This document shows, piece after piece, positions 21,353 to 30,221 of a stretch of 64,000 nucleotides of DNA. Each line of letters begins with the position of its first letter. Position 1 is the stretch's first letter. Both the position numbers and the translations under genes were made by a program. This stretch comes from an uncultured Gemmatimonadales bacterium (GTDB taxonomy: Bacteria > Gemmatimonadota > Gemmatimonadetes > Longimicrobiales > RSA9): positions 64,001 to 128,000 of the forward strand of contig CAWAMW010000012.1 of NCBI GenBank assembly GCA_963783305.1. The letters are read 5' to 3'. A model generated the notes under the pieces. That model saw only the letters and a program-made list of their open reading frames with translations, did no database searches and was not told the DNA's origin.

Positions 21353-22157
21353 CGCCGCGCCCGCCGCGGAGCGGCTCGCCCGGCGACTCGAGCAGCGCTC
21401 CGAGGCCGGGCGGCGACTCCTGGTTCCCTACGTCACCGCCGGATTCCCGACCGGGGCCGACACGGCGCCACTGATGGCTGCGCTCGTCCGGGCGGGCGCG
21501 GATGTGATCGAGCTCGGCGTTCCCTTCAGCGATCCGCTCGCCGACGGCCCCGTGATCCAGGGCAGCTCCCAGACGTCCCTCGACGCCGGTGGCTCCCTGC
21601 GGGCCACGCTGGACGCGCTCCGTGAGTTCCGCGAGCACGATCGGGAGACGCCCGTGGTGATCTTCACCTATCTGAACCCGGTTTTCCGCCACGGTCTGGA
21701 CGCCTTCATTGCGGACGCCGTGGCCGCAGGGGCGGACGGAGTCCTGCTCACCGACCTTCCGCTCGGCGCCGATCCCGGCCTGGAGGCGCGGCTGGAACGT
21801 TCGCCCCTGGCGCTGGTGCGCCTGATCGCTCCCACGACGCCGCCGGAGCGCGCCCGCCGGATCGCCGAGCGCGCACAGGGCTTCCTGTACTACATCTCGC
21901 GCACCGGGGTGACCGGCGCCCGGAGCGAGGTGCGGGAGGCGCTCAGCACGGAGGTCCGGCGGCTGCGGGACGCCGCGTCGGTGCCTGTGGTGGTGGGCTT
22001 CGGGATCGGCACGTCCGAGCAGGCCCGGGAAGTGGCGGGCATGGCCGATGGCGTGGTCGTGGGGAGCGCGCTCATCGAGGTGATCCGGGAGGGCGGTGTG
22101 GAGGCGGCCGAAGCCTTCGTCCGCGACCTTCGCGCGGGGGTGGACGCGGCGCGGTAG
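21330..22157 (+). CDS. trpA: Tryptophan synthase alpha chain
   Basis: YVTAGFP, IELGVPFSDPLADGPVIQ, YISRTGVTG, VGFGI, ADGVVVGSA. Confidence 0.96.
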   Translation: MSAPISSDAAPAAERLARRLEQRSEAGRRLLVPYVTAGFPTGADTAPLMAALVRAGADVIELGVPFSDPLADGPVIQGSSQTSLDAGGSLRATLDALREFREHDRETPVVIFTYLNPVFRHGLDAFIADAVAAGADGVLLTDLPLGADPGLEARLERSPLALVRLIAPTTPPERARRIAERAQGFLYYISRTGVTGARSEVREALSTEVRRLRDAASVPVVVGFGIGTSEQAREVAGMADGVVVGSALIEVIREGGVEAAEAFVRDLRAGVDAAR

Positions 22158-22181
22158 GCGGATACTCTCGGCGTCGGCGGG

Positions 22182-23855
22182 TTACCGCGCGAGTCGCTCC
22201 TCCACGTCGGGGTCCGGCTCCACGAAGATCGTGGCCACGCGGTCCGGGATCACGGTCCCTGGGGGTGCGTTCCGGGGGCTCCGGACATGCTTCCGCCGGG
22301 TCCAGTCCACGGGGACCGTGCCGGAGGTCCGCCCCTTCGAGTTCACCGCCGCCAGGACGGCCGCCTCCAGCAGGTCGCGTCGAGGCGGGTTCTGCTGGCG
22401 GTCGCCCCAGCGCAGGATCACGTGCGCGCCGGCCATGTCGCGGGCGTGAAGCCAGATGTCGTCGGGCGACGAGTGGTGGAAGGTAAGCTCGTCGTTCCCC
22501 CGGCCGCTCCGACCGACGCGGATCTCGAGTCCGCCGCTGCTCCGGAAGGTGCGGTAGGGGAGGCGCTCGGCCCCGTCCTTTCCCGGACCCTCCGACGGCC
22601 GCACGTCGGCGACCCAGCGAGCCACCTCAGCGGGATCGGCGGTGCCGCTGTCGAGGGACTCCAGCAGGGACTCCAGCTGGTCGCGCTCCGCCGCGGCCTC
22701 ACGGGCCCGCGCGGGCAGCCGCGCCGCCGCCCGCTCCCGCTTCCGCGCCCGGTCGTACATCGCCTCGGCGTTCTCGACGGCGGACAGCGTCGGGTCCAGC
22801 TCGATCTGCACCGTGCCGCCCTCGAAGTCCGGCAGCTCGACCGTCGTCGCGCCTCTCGGCACCTGGCGGAGCCGCGCCATGAGCAGGTTGGCGCGCTCCC
22901 GGAACCCGGCGGCCAGGTCCGGCGCGGACTCCGCCTCCTCGGCGAGGGATAGGGCCTTTCGCGCGACCCGCTCCAGGCGCTCTTCCAGGGCGGTTCTCAC
23001 CTCCGGCGCGATCCCCGACGGCGCCTGGTCCCGGCCGGCTTCCTCGAACGCGGTCAGCAGCGAGTCCGTGGGTCGCGATTCCGTGCCCGGTAGCGGGAGC
23101 GGATAGGGCTGCCCGCCGCGCACGGCCAGAACGCCCGGGTGGGCCGGGGGGCGAGCGGCCAGCGCGCGATAGCGGCTGTACGCGGCGTCCACGTCGTCGG
23201 GGAGCGGCGCCAGGATGGTGGCCGCGTTGAGGGAGCTGGTCCACGCGAGCGAGCGAAGGAGCACGCCCCGGCGGTCGGACTCCGGCGCGAGCCCGAGGAG
23301 CTCATGGAACCGGTCGGACGGGACCGGCTCATCCACGCCTTCCCGGGGCGCCATCCCCGAGGGCGGGGCATAGCGGGCGCCCGACCGCAGGGCGCGGCCG
23401 CCTGCATCGCGGGTCCAGAGCGCCGAGAGGATGACGCCACGCGGATCGAGGGCCAGTACGTTCCACTGGTTCGTCATCAGCTCCACGACCAGACGCGACG
23501 CGCGGTCCGGCCCGCCCGCATCCAGGTCGATCGCCACCAGCCGCTCGTCCGCCGGCGCGCTCACGCCCCGTACGCGAGGCCGCCGCTGTGTCCGCACCCG
23601 TCGACCACCCCACCCTTCCGCCCCATCCACCTCGCTCTCGCCCGCGCCCGCGCCCGCGCCCGCGGCGATCGTCCGGATCCAGCCGCGGGTCGGGTGCAGC
23701 TCCCACACCAGACGCGCGTCATCCAGCTCCAGGATGAGGCGGCGCGCGTCCGAATCCAGCCGGAGCCCCCGGAGCCTTCGTCCCGCCATCCGCTGGTGGA
23801 GCTCGCGCGCGAGATAATGCACCAGCAGTGAGTCGTAGAGTATCGGCTTGGGCAT
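22182..23855 (-). CDS. rqcH: NFACT / RqcH (FbpA-like) ribosome quality-control protein
   Basis: N-terminal YDSLL, DERL, LVVELM..NV; coiled coil with IELDPTLSAVENAEAMYDRARK; C-terminal NFACT-R (VGRSGRGNDELT, DIWLHARDMAGAHVIL). Confidence 0.88.
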   Translation of the reverse strand: MPKPILYDSLLVHYLARELHQRMAGRRLRGLRLDSDARRLILELDDARLVWELHPTRGWIRTIAAGAGAGAGESEVDGAEGWGGRRVRTQRRPRVRGVSAPADERLVAIDLDAGGPDRASRLVVELMTNQWNVLALDPRGVILSALWTRDAGGRALRSGARYAPPSGMAPREGVDEPVPSDRFHELLGLAPESDRRGVLLRSLAWTSSLNAATILAPLPDDVDAAYSRYRALAARPPAHPGVLAVRGGQPYPLPLPGTESRPTDSLLTAFEEAGRDQAPSGIAPEVRTALEERLERVARKALSLAEEAESAPDLAAGFRERANLLMARLRQVPRGATTVELPDFEGGTVQIELDPTLSAVENAEAMYDRARKRERAAARLPARAREAAAERDQLESLLESLDSGTADPAEVARWVADVRPSEGPGKDGAERLPYRTFRSSGGLEIRVGRSGRGNDELTFHHSSPDDIWLHARDMAGAHVILRWGDRQQNPPRRDLLEAAVLAAVNSKGRTSGTVPVDWTRRKHVRSPRNAPPGTVIPDRVATIFVEPDPDVEERLAR

Positions 23856-23912
23856 GTCGCGAAGGTGCCGGCTGCGCCGACCGCGCGCAACGCACGCCCC
23901 GGAGACCCGCGA

Positions 23913-23993
23913 CTGTGCCCTGTGCCCTGTGCCCTGTGCCCTGTGAACTGTGAACTGTGAACTGTGAACTGTGAACTGTGAACTGTGAACTGT
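23913..23993. repeat. Compound heptamer tandem array (CTGTGCC)4(CTGTGAA)7CTGT
   Basis: Read directly from the sequence, in the rqcH/panB divergent intergenic region. Confidence 0.97.
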
Positions 23994-24022
23994 TTGACAC
24001 GTAGAGGGCCCAACTCTAGCTT
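23994..24022 (+). promoter_or_regulatory. Sigma70-type promoter for the panBCD operon
   Basis: TTGACA (23994-23999), 17 bp spacer, TAGCTT (24017-24022); ends 36 nt before the panB ATG. Confidence 0.75.
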
Positions 24023-24058
24023 CGTCGCATCAAACCCTCAGACGCGGAAAGCCGCCTC

Positions 24059-24880
24059 ATGAGCACGGGCTCGAAGCGCAGGCGGACGACGATCCGAAGC
24101 CTGCTGGAGATGAAGGAGCGCGGCGAGAGCATCGTTGTGCTCACCGCGTACGACTACCTGTTTGCGCGCCTCGTGGACGAGGCCGGCGTGGACATCATCC
24201 TGGTGGGCGATTCGCTGGGGCAGGTCGTGCTCGGCTTCGATTCCACCATCCCGGTCACGCTCGATCACATGATCCACCACGCCCGGGCCGTGCGCCGCGG
24301 TGTGGAGCATGCGCTCCTGGTGGTGGACATGCCCTTCCTCAGCTTCCACGTGGCGCCGGACGAAACGGTGCGGAACGCGGGTCGGCTCCTGAGCGAGACG
24401 GGCGCCGAGGCGGTGAAGGTCGAGGGCGGGAGCGTGACGACGTGCGAGCACGTCCGTCGACTGGTCTCCGCGGGGATCCCGGTCATGGGACACGTGGGAC
24501 TCACGCCACAGTCGGTTCACGCCCTGGGCGGCTACCGGGTGCAGGGACGGGATGGTGAGGGTGCCGACCGAATCCGCGCGGAGGCTCAGAACCTGGAGGA
24601 CGCCGGGGCGTTCGCCATCGTGCTGGAGCTGCTGCCGGCGCCGCTGGCGGCGGAGATCACGGCCGCGAGCGGCGTTCCTACCATAGGAATCGGTGCCGGC
24701 GTGGATTGCGACGGCCAGGTCCTGGTCCTGTACGATATGCTGGGTCTGAACGACGCCTTCAACCCGCGGTTCCTGCGGCGGTTCGCCGATCTCGCGGGCG
24801 CTACGCGAGCGGGGCTCTCCGAGTACGTGAAGGCGGTGCGCGAGAGGGACTACCCGGGCCCGGAACACAGTCACGAGTGA
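24059..24880 (+). CDS. panB: 3-methyl-2-oxobutanoate hydroxymethyltransferase
   Basis: [44 protein letters not shown]. Confidence 0.97.
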   Translation: MSTGSKRRRTTIRSLLEMKERGESIVVLTAYDYLFARLVDEAGVDIILVGDSLGQVVLGFDSTIPVTLDHMIHHARAVRRGVEHALLVVDMPFLSFHVAPDETVRNAGRLLSETGAEAVKVEGGSVTTCEHVRRLVSAGIPVMGHVGLTPQSVHALGGYRVQGRDGEGADRIRAEAQNLEDAGAFAIVLELLPAPLAAEITAASGVPTIGIGAGVDCDGQVLVLYDMLGLNDAFNPRFLRRFADLAGATRAGLSEYVKAVRERDYPGPEHSHE

Positions 24881-25755
24881 AGACGGTAACGACGGTCGAG
24901 GAGCTCCGCCTAGAGGTGGCGGAGTCCCGGAGACGTGCGGGCACCGTGGTGGCGGGCGGCGACAATGGGGTCGTGCTGGTGCCCACCATGGGCGCGCTTC
25001 ACGAGGGCCACCTCTCGCTGGTGGACCGCGCGCGGGAGCGAGGGCGGCTCGTGGTCATGTCCATCTTCGTGAATCCCACCCAGTTCGGACCGGGCGAGGA
25101 CTTCGAGGCCTACCCCCGGGACCTGGAGCTCGACAGGGAGCTTGCGGAACGCCGCGGTGTAGACGTGCTGTATGCACCCTCCACGGACGAGGTGTACCCG
25201 GCAGGACCGTCGCAGGTCAGGGTGGTGCCGGGGCCCATGGCCGAGCGGCTCTGCGGCCTCAGCCGACCCGGCCATTTCGAGGGGGTGCTGACGGTCGTGG
25301 CGAAGCTTTTTGGAATGGTTCAGCCGGACGTGGCGGTCTTTGGCCGCAAGGACTATCAGCAGGTGACGTTGATCCGCCGGATGGTGCGGGATCTGGACAT
25401 GCCCGTGCGGGTAGAGGCGGCGCCGATCATTCGGGAGGCGGACGGACTGGCACTGTCCTCGCGCAACGTGTACCTGTCGGAGGCCGAGCGGGCCCGGGCG
25501 CTGAGCCTCTCCGAGGGCCTGTTCGGGGCGCGGTCGGCGTTCGAGGAAGATCAGGTGCGGGACCCGGAGCGGCTGAAGGCGCGGGTGCGGGGTACCATGC
25601 GCGACGCGGCGGTGGAGCCGGAGTACATCGAGCTGGTGGACCCCGATTCGCTGGAGCCGCTGACGGAGGCCCGCGACGGCGCTGTGCTGGCGCTGGCGGC
25701 CAGGGTTGGAGCGACGCGATTGATCGACAACGTCATTCTGGGACAGAAGGAATAG
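24877..25755 (+). CDS. panC: Pantoate--beta-alanine ligase
   Basis: [56 protein letters not shown] overlap with panB. Confidence 0.96.
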   Translation: MKTVTTVEELRLEVAESRRRAGTVVAGGDNGVVLVPTMGALHEGHLSLVDRARERGRLVVMSIFVNPTQFGPGEDFEAYPRDLELDRELAERRGVDVLYAPSTDEVYPAGPSQVRVVPGPMAERLCGLSRPGHFEGVLTVVAKLFGMVQPDVAVFGRKDYQQVTLIRRMVRDLDMPVRVEAAPIIREADGLALSSRNVYLSEAERARALSLSEGLFGARSAFEEDQVRDPERLKARVRGTMRDAAVEPEYIELVDPDSLEPLTEARDGAVLALAARVGATRLIDNVILGQKE

Positions 25756-25766
25756 AGGAGGCGGTC

Positions 25767-26165
25767 GTGCGGCGGAGCATGTGCAAATCCAAGATCCATC
25801 GGGCCACGGTGACCGATGCCAACCTCGCCTATGAGGGGAGCATTACACTGGATCCGGTGCTGATGGCCGCGGCCGATATCCTGGAATACGAGAAGGTCCA
25901 CGTCGTGAACATCTCGAATGGCGCGCGCTTCGAGACGTACGTGATCACCGGTGTGGAGGGCGCGGGCGACGTCGTTCTGAACGGCGCGGCGGCCCGTCTG
26001 GTCCAGACGGGCGACAAGGTCATCATCATGAGCTACGCCAGCTACGACGAGGTCGAGCTCGAGAGCTTCGAGCCGCTCCTCGTCTTCGTGGACGACCGCA
26101 ACCGGATCCGGCCGCACCCGCAGCGCGAGACGTCGGGCGCCCAGCTCCGGATCGACCCGGCGTAG
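25767..26165 (+). CDS. panD: Aspartate 1-decarboxylase
   Basis: [18 protein letters not shown] (Gly-Ser cleavage site), [15 protein letters not shown]. Confidence 0.96.
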   Translation: MRRSMCKSKIHRATVTDANLAYEGSITLDPVLMAAADILEYEKVHVVNISNGARFETYVITGVEGAGDVVLNGAAARLVQTGDKVIIMSYASYDEVELESFEPLLVFVDDRNRIRPHPQRETSGAQLRIDPA

Positions 26166-26167
26166 GA

Positions 26168-26746
26168 GTGGCGCCGCTCCACCCCCTGATCACCGCGGCC
26201 GCCGAGGGCCGACTCCCGGACTGGGCGGTGGTCTCGCCCGAGCGTCGGGAGCACGTGGCTCGCGTGGCCGCCCTCATGGACGAGTGGGCGGAGCGGGCGC
26301 GTCTCTGCGACGACGACCGCGCTCGCTGGCGTGCCGCGGGGCTCCTCCACGACGCGTTGAGGGACGCGGACTTCGACCAGCTTCGGCCCATGGTGGGGCC
26401 CACGCTCCGGGACAAACCCGGCAAGATGCTCCACGGGCCCGCGGCGGCCGCGCGACTGCGGACGGAGGGAGTGGACGACGAACCGCTCGTGCTCGCCATC
26501 TCGTGGCACACGCTAGGGCACCCGGATTTCGACACCCTCGGCAACGCGCTCTACCTGGCGGACTACACCGAGCCGGGTCGCGACTACGAGTCGGAGTCGC
26601 TGGCGGCGAAGCGGGACCGGGTGCCGGACGAGCTGGAGGCCGTGCTGCTCGACGTCGCTACGGACCGAATCCGCCGCTCACTGAAGAAAGGACGGCCGCT
26701 GCTGGAGCCGACAGTGAGGTTCTGGAACGCGCTGGTGGAAGGCTGA
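26168..26746 (+). CDS. YqeK-like HD-domain hydrolase (Ap4A hydrolase family)
   Basis: HVARVA, GLLHD, LHGPAAA, AISWHTLG, LYLADYTEPGR. Confidence 0.82.
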   Translation: MAPLHPLITAAAEGRLPDWAVVSPERREHVARVAALMDEWAERARLCDDDRARWRAAGLLHDALRDADFDQLRPMVGPTLRDKPGKMLHGPAAAARLRTEGVDDEPLVLAISWHTLGHPDFDTLGNALYLADYTEPGRDYESESLAAKRDRVPDELEAVLLDVATDRIRRSLKKGRPLLEPTVRFWNALVEG

Positions 26747-26747
26747 G

Positions 26748-27317
26748 ATGACGATGAGCCGCTCCCGGACCCTCGTAGCCGTCGGGCTGTTCGTCGCCCT
26801 GGGGCTCGTGGGCGCGTTCATCGCATCCGCCGTGGCCGGGTGGGGGAACGAGGAGTCGCCCACCGACGGCGGCCAGCCGGCGCCCGCGGCGGACTTCGGT
26901 GACGCGTCCCGGGTGCGTGTCGAAGTGCTGAACGGCGCCGGCAAAATGGGACTCGCCCGTGACGCCACGCACGTGCTCCGCGGGCACGGCTTCGATGTCG
27001 TTTTCTTCGGCAACGCCGCTCGCTTCGACCACGCCCGTTCGCGCGTGATCGACCGCACCGGGGAGCTGGAGCATGCGCGGGCCGTGGCCGCCGCGCTGAG
27101 AATCGACTCCATGGCCACGGCCATCGACTCATCTCTCATGCTCGAGGTGACCGTGGTGCTGGGAGAGGACTGGCCGCCCGCCGCGGCCCCGGCCCCCGAG
27201 CGGCTCTGGCTCGATCGCCTGCGCGACATGGTGCCCGGCGACAGCGGAGCCGTCGACAGCGGAGCCATCGACAGTGCGGCCGGGAGCGTTCCCGCAGAGC
27301 CGACGGGAGGTGGCTGA
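26748..27317 (+). CDS. LytR C-terminal domain membrane protein
   Basis: N-terminal TM segment; RVEVLNGAGKMGLA...GNA...VTVVLGED pattern. Confidence 0.82.
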   Translation: MTMSRSRTLVAVGLFVALGLVGAFIASAVAGWGNEESPTDGGQPAPAADFGDASRVRVEVLNGAGKMGLARDATHVLRGHGFDVVFFGNAARFDHARSRVIDRTGELEHARAVAAALRIDSMATAIDSSLMLEVTVVLGEDWPPAAAPAPERLWLDRLRDMVPGDSGAVDSGAIDSAAGSVPAEPTGGG

Positions 27318-27321
27318 GCTC

Positions 27322-27690
27322 ATGGACGTCGTGGAGATGGACGGGTTCGAGATCCTGGTGGGTCGGAGCGCACGCGAGAACGACCGTCTTTCCACCCGCG
27401 AAGCGCGCCCGGACGATGTCTGGCTCCACGCGGCCGGGTACGCGGGCAGCCATGTCGTGATCCGCGCCAGGGAGGGGAAGACGGGCGAGGTGCCCCGGAG
27501 CGTGGTGGAGGCCGCCGCCCAGCTCGGGATCTGGCATTCGAAGGCGCGGGCTGCCGGCGGCAAGGTCCAGGTCCACATGTGTCGAGCCCGGAACGTGAGC
27601 AAACGACGCGGTGCGCCCGCCGGCCAGGTGGTCATCCGCGACCACGAGACGCTGAAGCTGTATGCCACGGCTCCCAGTAGGCTCACGTGA
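27322..27690 (+). CDS. Stand-alone NFACT RNA-binding (NFACT-R/DUF814) domain protein
   Basis: GFEILVGRSARENDRLS...DDVWLHAAGYAGSHVVIR...AAQL..HSKAR, homologous to the RqcH C-terminus; GGGAGG upstream. Confidence 0.85.
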   Translation: MDVVEMDGFEILVGRSARENDRLSTREARPDDVWLHAAGYAGSHVVIRAREGKTGEVPRSVVEAAAQLGIWHSKARAAGGKVQVHMCRARNVSKRRGAPAGQVVIRDHETLKLYATAPSRLT

Positions 27691-27985
27691 GCCGCTGGAC
27701 CGAGCTGCTCGTCGATGGAGACGAGCTCGAGCTCCGGGTCCTCGGGCTGCGTAAGCTGTTCGCCCTCAAGTCACGGATCCGAATCCCGCGCGGCGCCATT
27801 ACCGATGTCCGGCGCGCTCCCCATGCCCTGGCGGCGAGAAATCATTCTGGAACGTGGGCCGCGGCGGGAACGCAGTCGTGATCGAGCTGGAGAACCGGGA
27901 GTACGCTCGGCTGGTCGTGGACGTGGATCATCCCGACCAGGTCGTCGAGCGGCTGCGCGGCTGGCGGGGTACGGGAGCCGTCTAG
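27687..27985 (+). pseudogene. Small conserved-hypothetical gene, frameshifted and probably internally deleted
   Basis: First frame gives MSRWTELLVDGDELELRVLGLRKLFALKSRIRIPRGAITDVRR. After about 27830 another frame gives GEKSFWNVGRGGNAVVIELENREYARLVVDVDHPDQVVERL to TAG 27985. Confidence 0.6.
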
Positions 27986-28251
27986 TCGAGCGGGGCTGCG
28001 GGAGAAAGCGGGGGGAGGCGGGTCGAGGGTCGATCGCCCGCGCTTCGCGCGAGGCGACCGCGCTACGCGCGGCGTCGACGGGACAGGGGCACGCTCCTAT
28101 GCGCTTCCCGCTCCGCCTGTCGGCGGGGATTCCGGAGAACACGGAGCGCAGCGGAGATCGACCAGCGAGGCCGCAGGCCGGCGCGATCGACAGGGAGCGC
28201 GAGCGACCGTTCGCTCCCCGCCCCCAGCCTCTCTTTCAGTGACCCGCCCGT

Positions 28252-29349
28252 CTAGGTGCGGGCGGTCAGCTCCACGAACGGTCTGGGTGGCTTCATCTCG
28301 TGGTCGGCCCGCAGCTGACCGCACGCAGCGGCAATGTCCCGGCCGCGCGGGGTCCGGACGGTGGCGGTCACGCTCCGCAGATCGAGGCGGGCGGCGAACT
28401 GCCGGATGCGGTCCTCGGGAGAGGGGCGCCAGTCGTTGCCGGGGATCGGGTTGTATGGGATCAGATTCACGTGCGCGTGGAACTCACCCGCGATCCCCGC
28501 CAGCGTGTCGGCCAGCGCGGGATCGTCGTTGACCCCGTCGATCATGATGTACTCGATGGTGATCCGGCGACCGCCGGCGGCATCGAAGCGGCGCAGGCTC
28601 TCCAGCAGGTCCGCCAGCGGGTACTTCTTCTCCACCGGCACGATCTCCTGCCGGAGCGCGTGCGTAGGCGCGTGGAGGCTGAGCGCCAGGCGGAACTGTT
28701 CCGGCCGCTCGGCCAGCTCGTCCATCCCGGGCACGATCCCCACCGTCGAAACGGTGATGCGACGCGCTCCCACGTCGTAGCCATGGTTCAGGATCGTCAG
28801 CGAGTCCATGACCGGGCCCCGGTTCATGAGCGGTTCGCCCATCCCCATGTAGACGATGTTGCTGATCGCACCGTACCCGTTCTCCTCCGCCCACCGGCGC
28901 GCCCCCCGGTACTGCGCGACGATCTCGCCGGCGGTGAGGTTCCGGCGGTACCCGGACCACCCGGTCGCGCAGAAGGTGCACGCCATGGCGCAGCCGGCCT
29001 GGCTCGAGATGCAGAGGGTGAGGCGATCGCCACTGGGGATCAGCACGCTCTCCACCAGCTCGCCATCTTCGAGGCGCCAGAGGTGCTTCGCCGTCCCGTC
29101 GGTGGACACCTCGACCCGCTCGGTGGCGGGGGCGGTGAGCCGGAAGGACTCCGCGAGGGCCGCGCGCTCGTCCGTGGAGAGCTCCGTGATCTCGTCGAAC
29201 GAGAGAGCGACCTTGTCGTAGATGCGGTCGAGCGTCTGCCCCGTGCGATAGCCGGCCACGCCTCGGGTCCGGAAATGCTCGGACAGGGCCGTCCGGGCCT
29301 GGTCGGGGACGAGGCCGATGAGGTCGGGGCGTTCAGTTGTCGCAGTCAT
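28252..29349 (-). CDS. rlmN: Dual-specificity 23S rRNA/tRNA methyltransferase RlmN
   Basis: CISSQAGCAMACTFCATG radical-SAM motif, MGMGEPL, ITVSTVG, DIAAACGQL. Confidence 0.96.
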   Translation of the reverse strand: MTATTERPDLIGLVPDQARTALSEHFRTRGVAGYRTGQTLDRIYDKVALSFDEITELSTDERAALAESFRLTAPATERVEVSTDGTAKHLWRLEDGELVESVLIPSGDRLTLCISSQAGCAMACTFCATGWSGYRRNLTAGEIVAQYRGARRWAEENGYGAISNIVYMGMGEPLMNRGPVMDSLTILNHGYDVGARRITVSTVGIVPGMDELAERPEQFRLALSLHAPTHALRQEIVPVEKKYPLADLLESLRRFDAAGGRRITIEYIMIDGVNDDPALADTLAGIAGEFHAHVNLIPYNPIPGNDWRPSPEDRIRQFAARLDLRSVTATVRTPRGRDIAAACGQLRADHEMKPPRPFVELTART

Positions 29350-29405
29350 GGGGCGCCGTTAAGTTACCCGGATCATTGAACCAGTTGAACCCCCTGGTGC
29401 AAACG

Positions 29406-29867
29406 GTGGTCCTGCTGACCGATATACTGCAGTCGATCCGGGTGAAGGTGCCCCTCGAGGGCGGCACGAAGGACGAGGTCCTGCGCGAGCTCGTGGACGT
29501 GCTGGCGGCAGACGGGTGCGTGGCCGATCCGCAGGCGGCGCTCCGGGTCGTACAGCAGCGGGAGGAGGTGCTTTCCACGGGGATTGGCCACGGCGTGGCG
29601 CTCCCGCACGGGAAGACCGACACCTGCCAGGAGCTGGTGATCGCCGCGGGGGTCACGGCGGCGCCGGTGGACTTCGATGCGCTGGATGGCGAGCCGGTGC
29701 AGCTCGTCTTCCTGCTGATCGGACCGGAGAGCGCCGCAGGGATGCACATCAAGGCGCTGAGCCGGATCTCGCGACTGGTACGGCAGCCGGAGTCGCGCGA
29801 TCGCCTGAAGGCGGCCCCCGACTCCAGTTCGTTCCTGGAGGTATTGCGCGAGGCCGAGCGCGCGTGA
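29406..29867 (+). CDS. PTS sugar/nitrogen EIIA component
   Basis: REEVLSTGIGHGVALPHGK, DFDALDGEPV, HIKALSRISRL; start approximate. Confidence 0.9.
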   Translation: MVLLTDILQSIRVKVPLEGGTKDEVLRELVDVLAADGCVADPQAALRVVQQREEVLSTGIGHGVALPHGKTDTCQELVIAAGVTAAPVDFDALDGEPVQLVFLLIGPESAAGMHIKALSRISRLVRQPESRDRLKAAPDSSSFLEVLREAERA

Positions 29868-30214
29868 AGCGATCGCTCCTGGCGTTCTTCCCGCTCGGTC
29901 TCTGGGCCGCGGCGGTGCTCATGGTCGGTGCCCTGGAGATCAGATCCACGCCGCTTCCCTCCGGCTCGGACAAGGTGGCGCATTTCGCGATGTACGGGAT
30001 CGGCGGCGCACTCGCCGCATGGGCGGGTCGCAAGCAGGGCAGTGCCCGTGCGGCGTGGATCGCGCTGGTGATGGTGATCCTCACGGGGGCCGCCGACGAA
30101 CTGCACCAGGGCACCACCGTTACCCGGCATCCTGATATCATGGATTGGGTGGCCGATGCGACAGGGGCGATCCTCACATTCCTCCTCGCCGACCGCCTGC
30201 TCAAGAAGGACTAG
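29864..30214 (+). CDS. VanZ-like membrane protein
   Basis: [27 protein letters not shown] overlap with the upstream gene. Confidence 0.85.
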   Translation: MKRSLLAFFPLGLWAAAVLMVGALEIRSTPLPSGSDKVAHFAMYGIGGALAAWAGRKQGSARAAWIALVMVILTGAADELHQGTTVTRHPDIMDWVADATGAILTFLLADRLLKKD

Positions 30215-30221
30215 ACGACGC

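Noticed and set aside
23640..23664. Hexamer repeat encoding AGAGAGAG in RqcH; also Gly/Asn and Gly/Ala tracts in the helicase and Ppc
   Set aside because: In-frame low-complexity linkers common in high-GC proteins.
29376..29391. TTGAACC direct repeat in the rlmN/EIIA divergent gap
   Set aside because: Two 7-bp copies are too little to call an operator.
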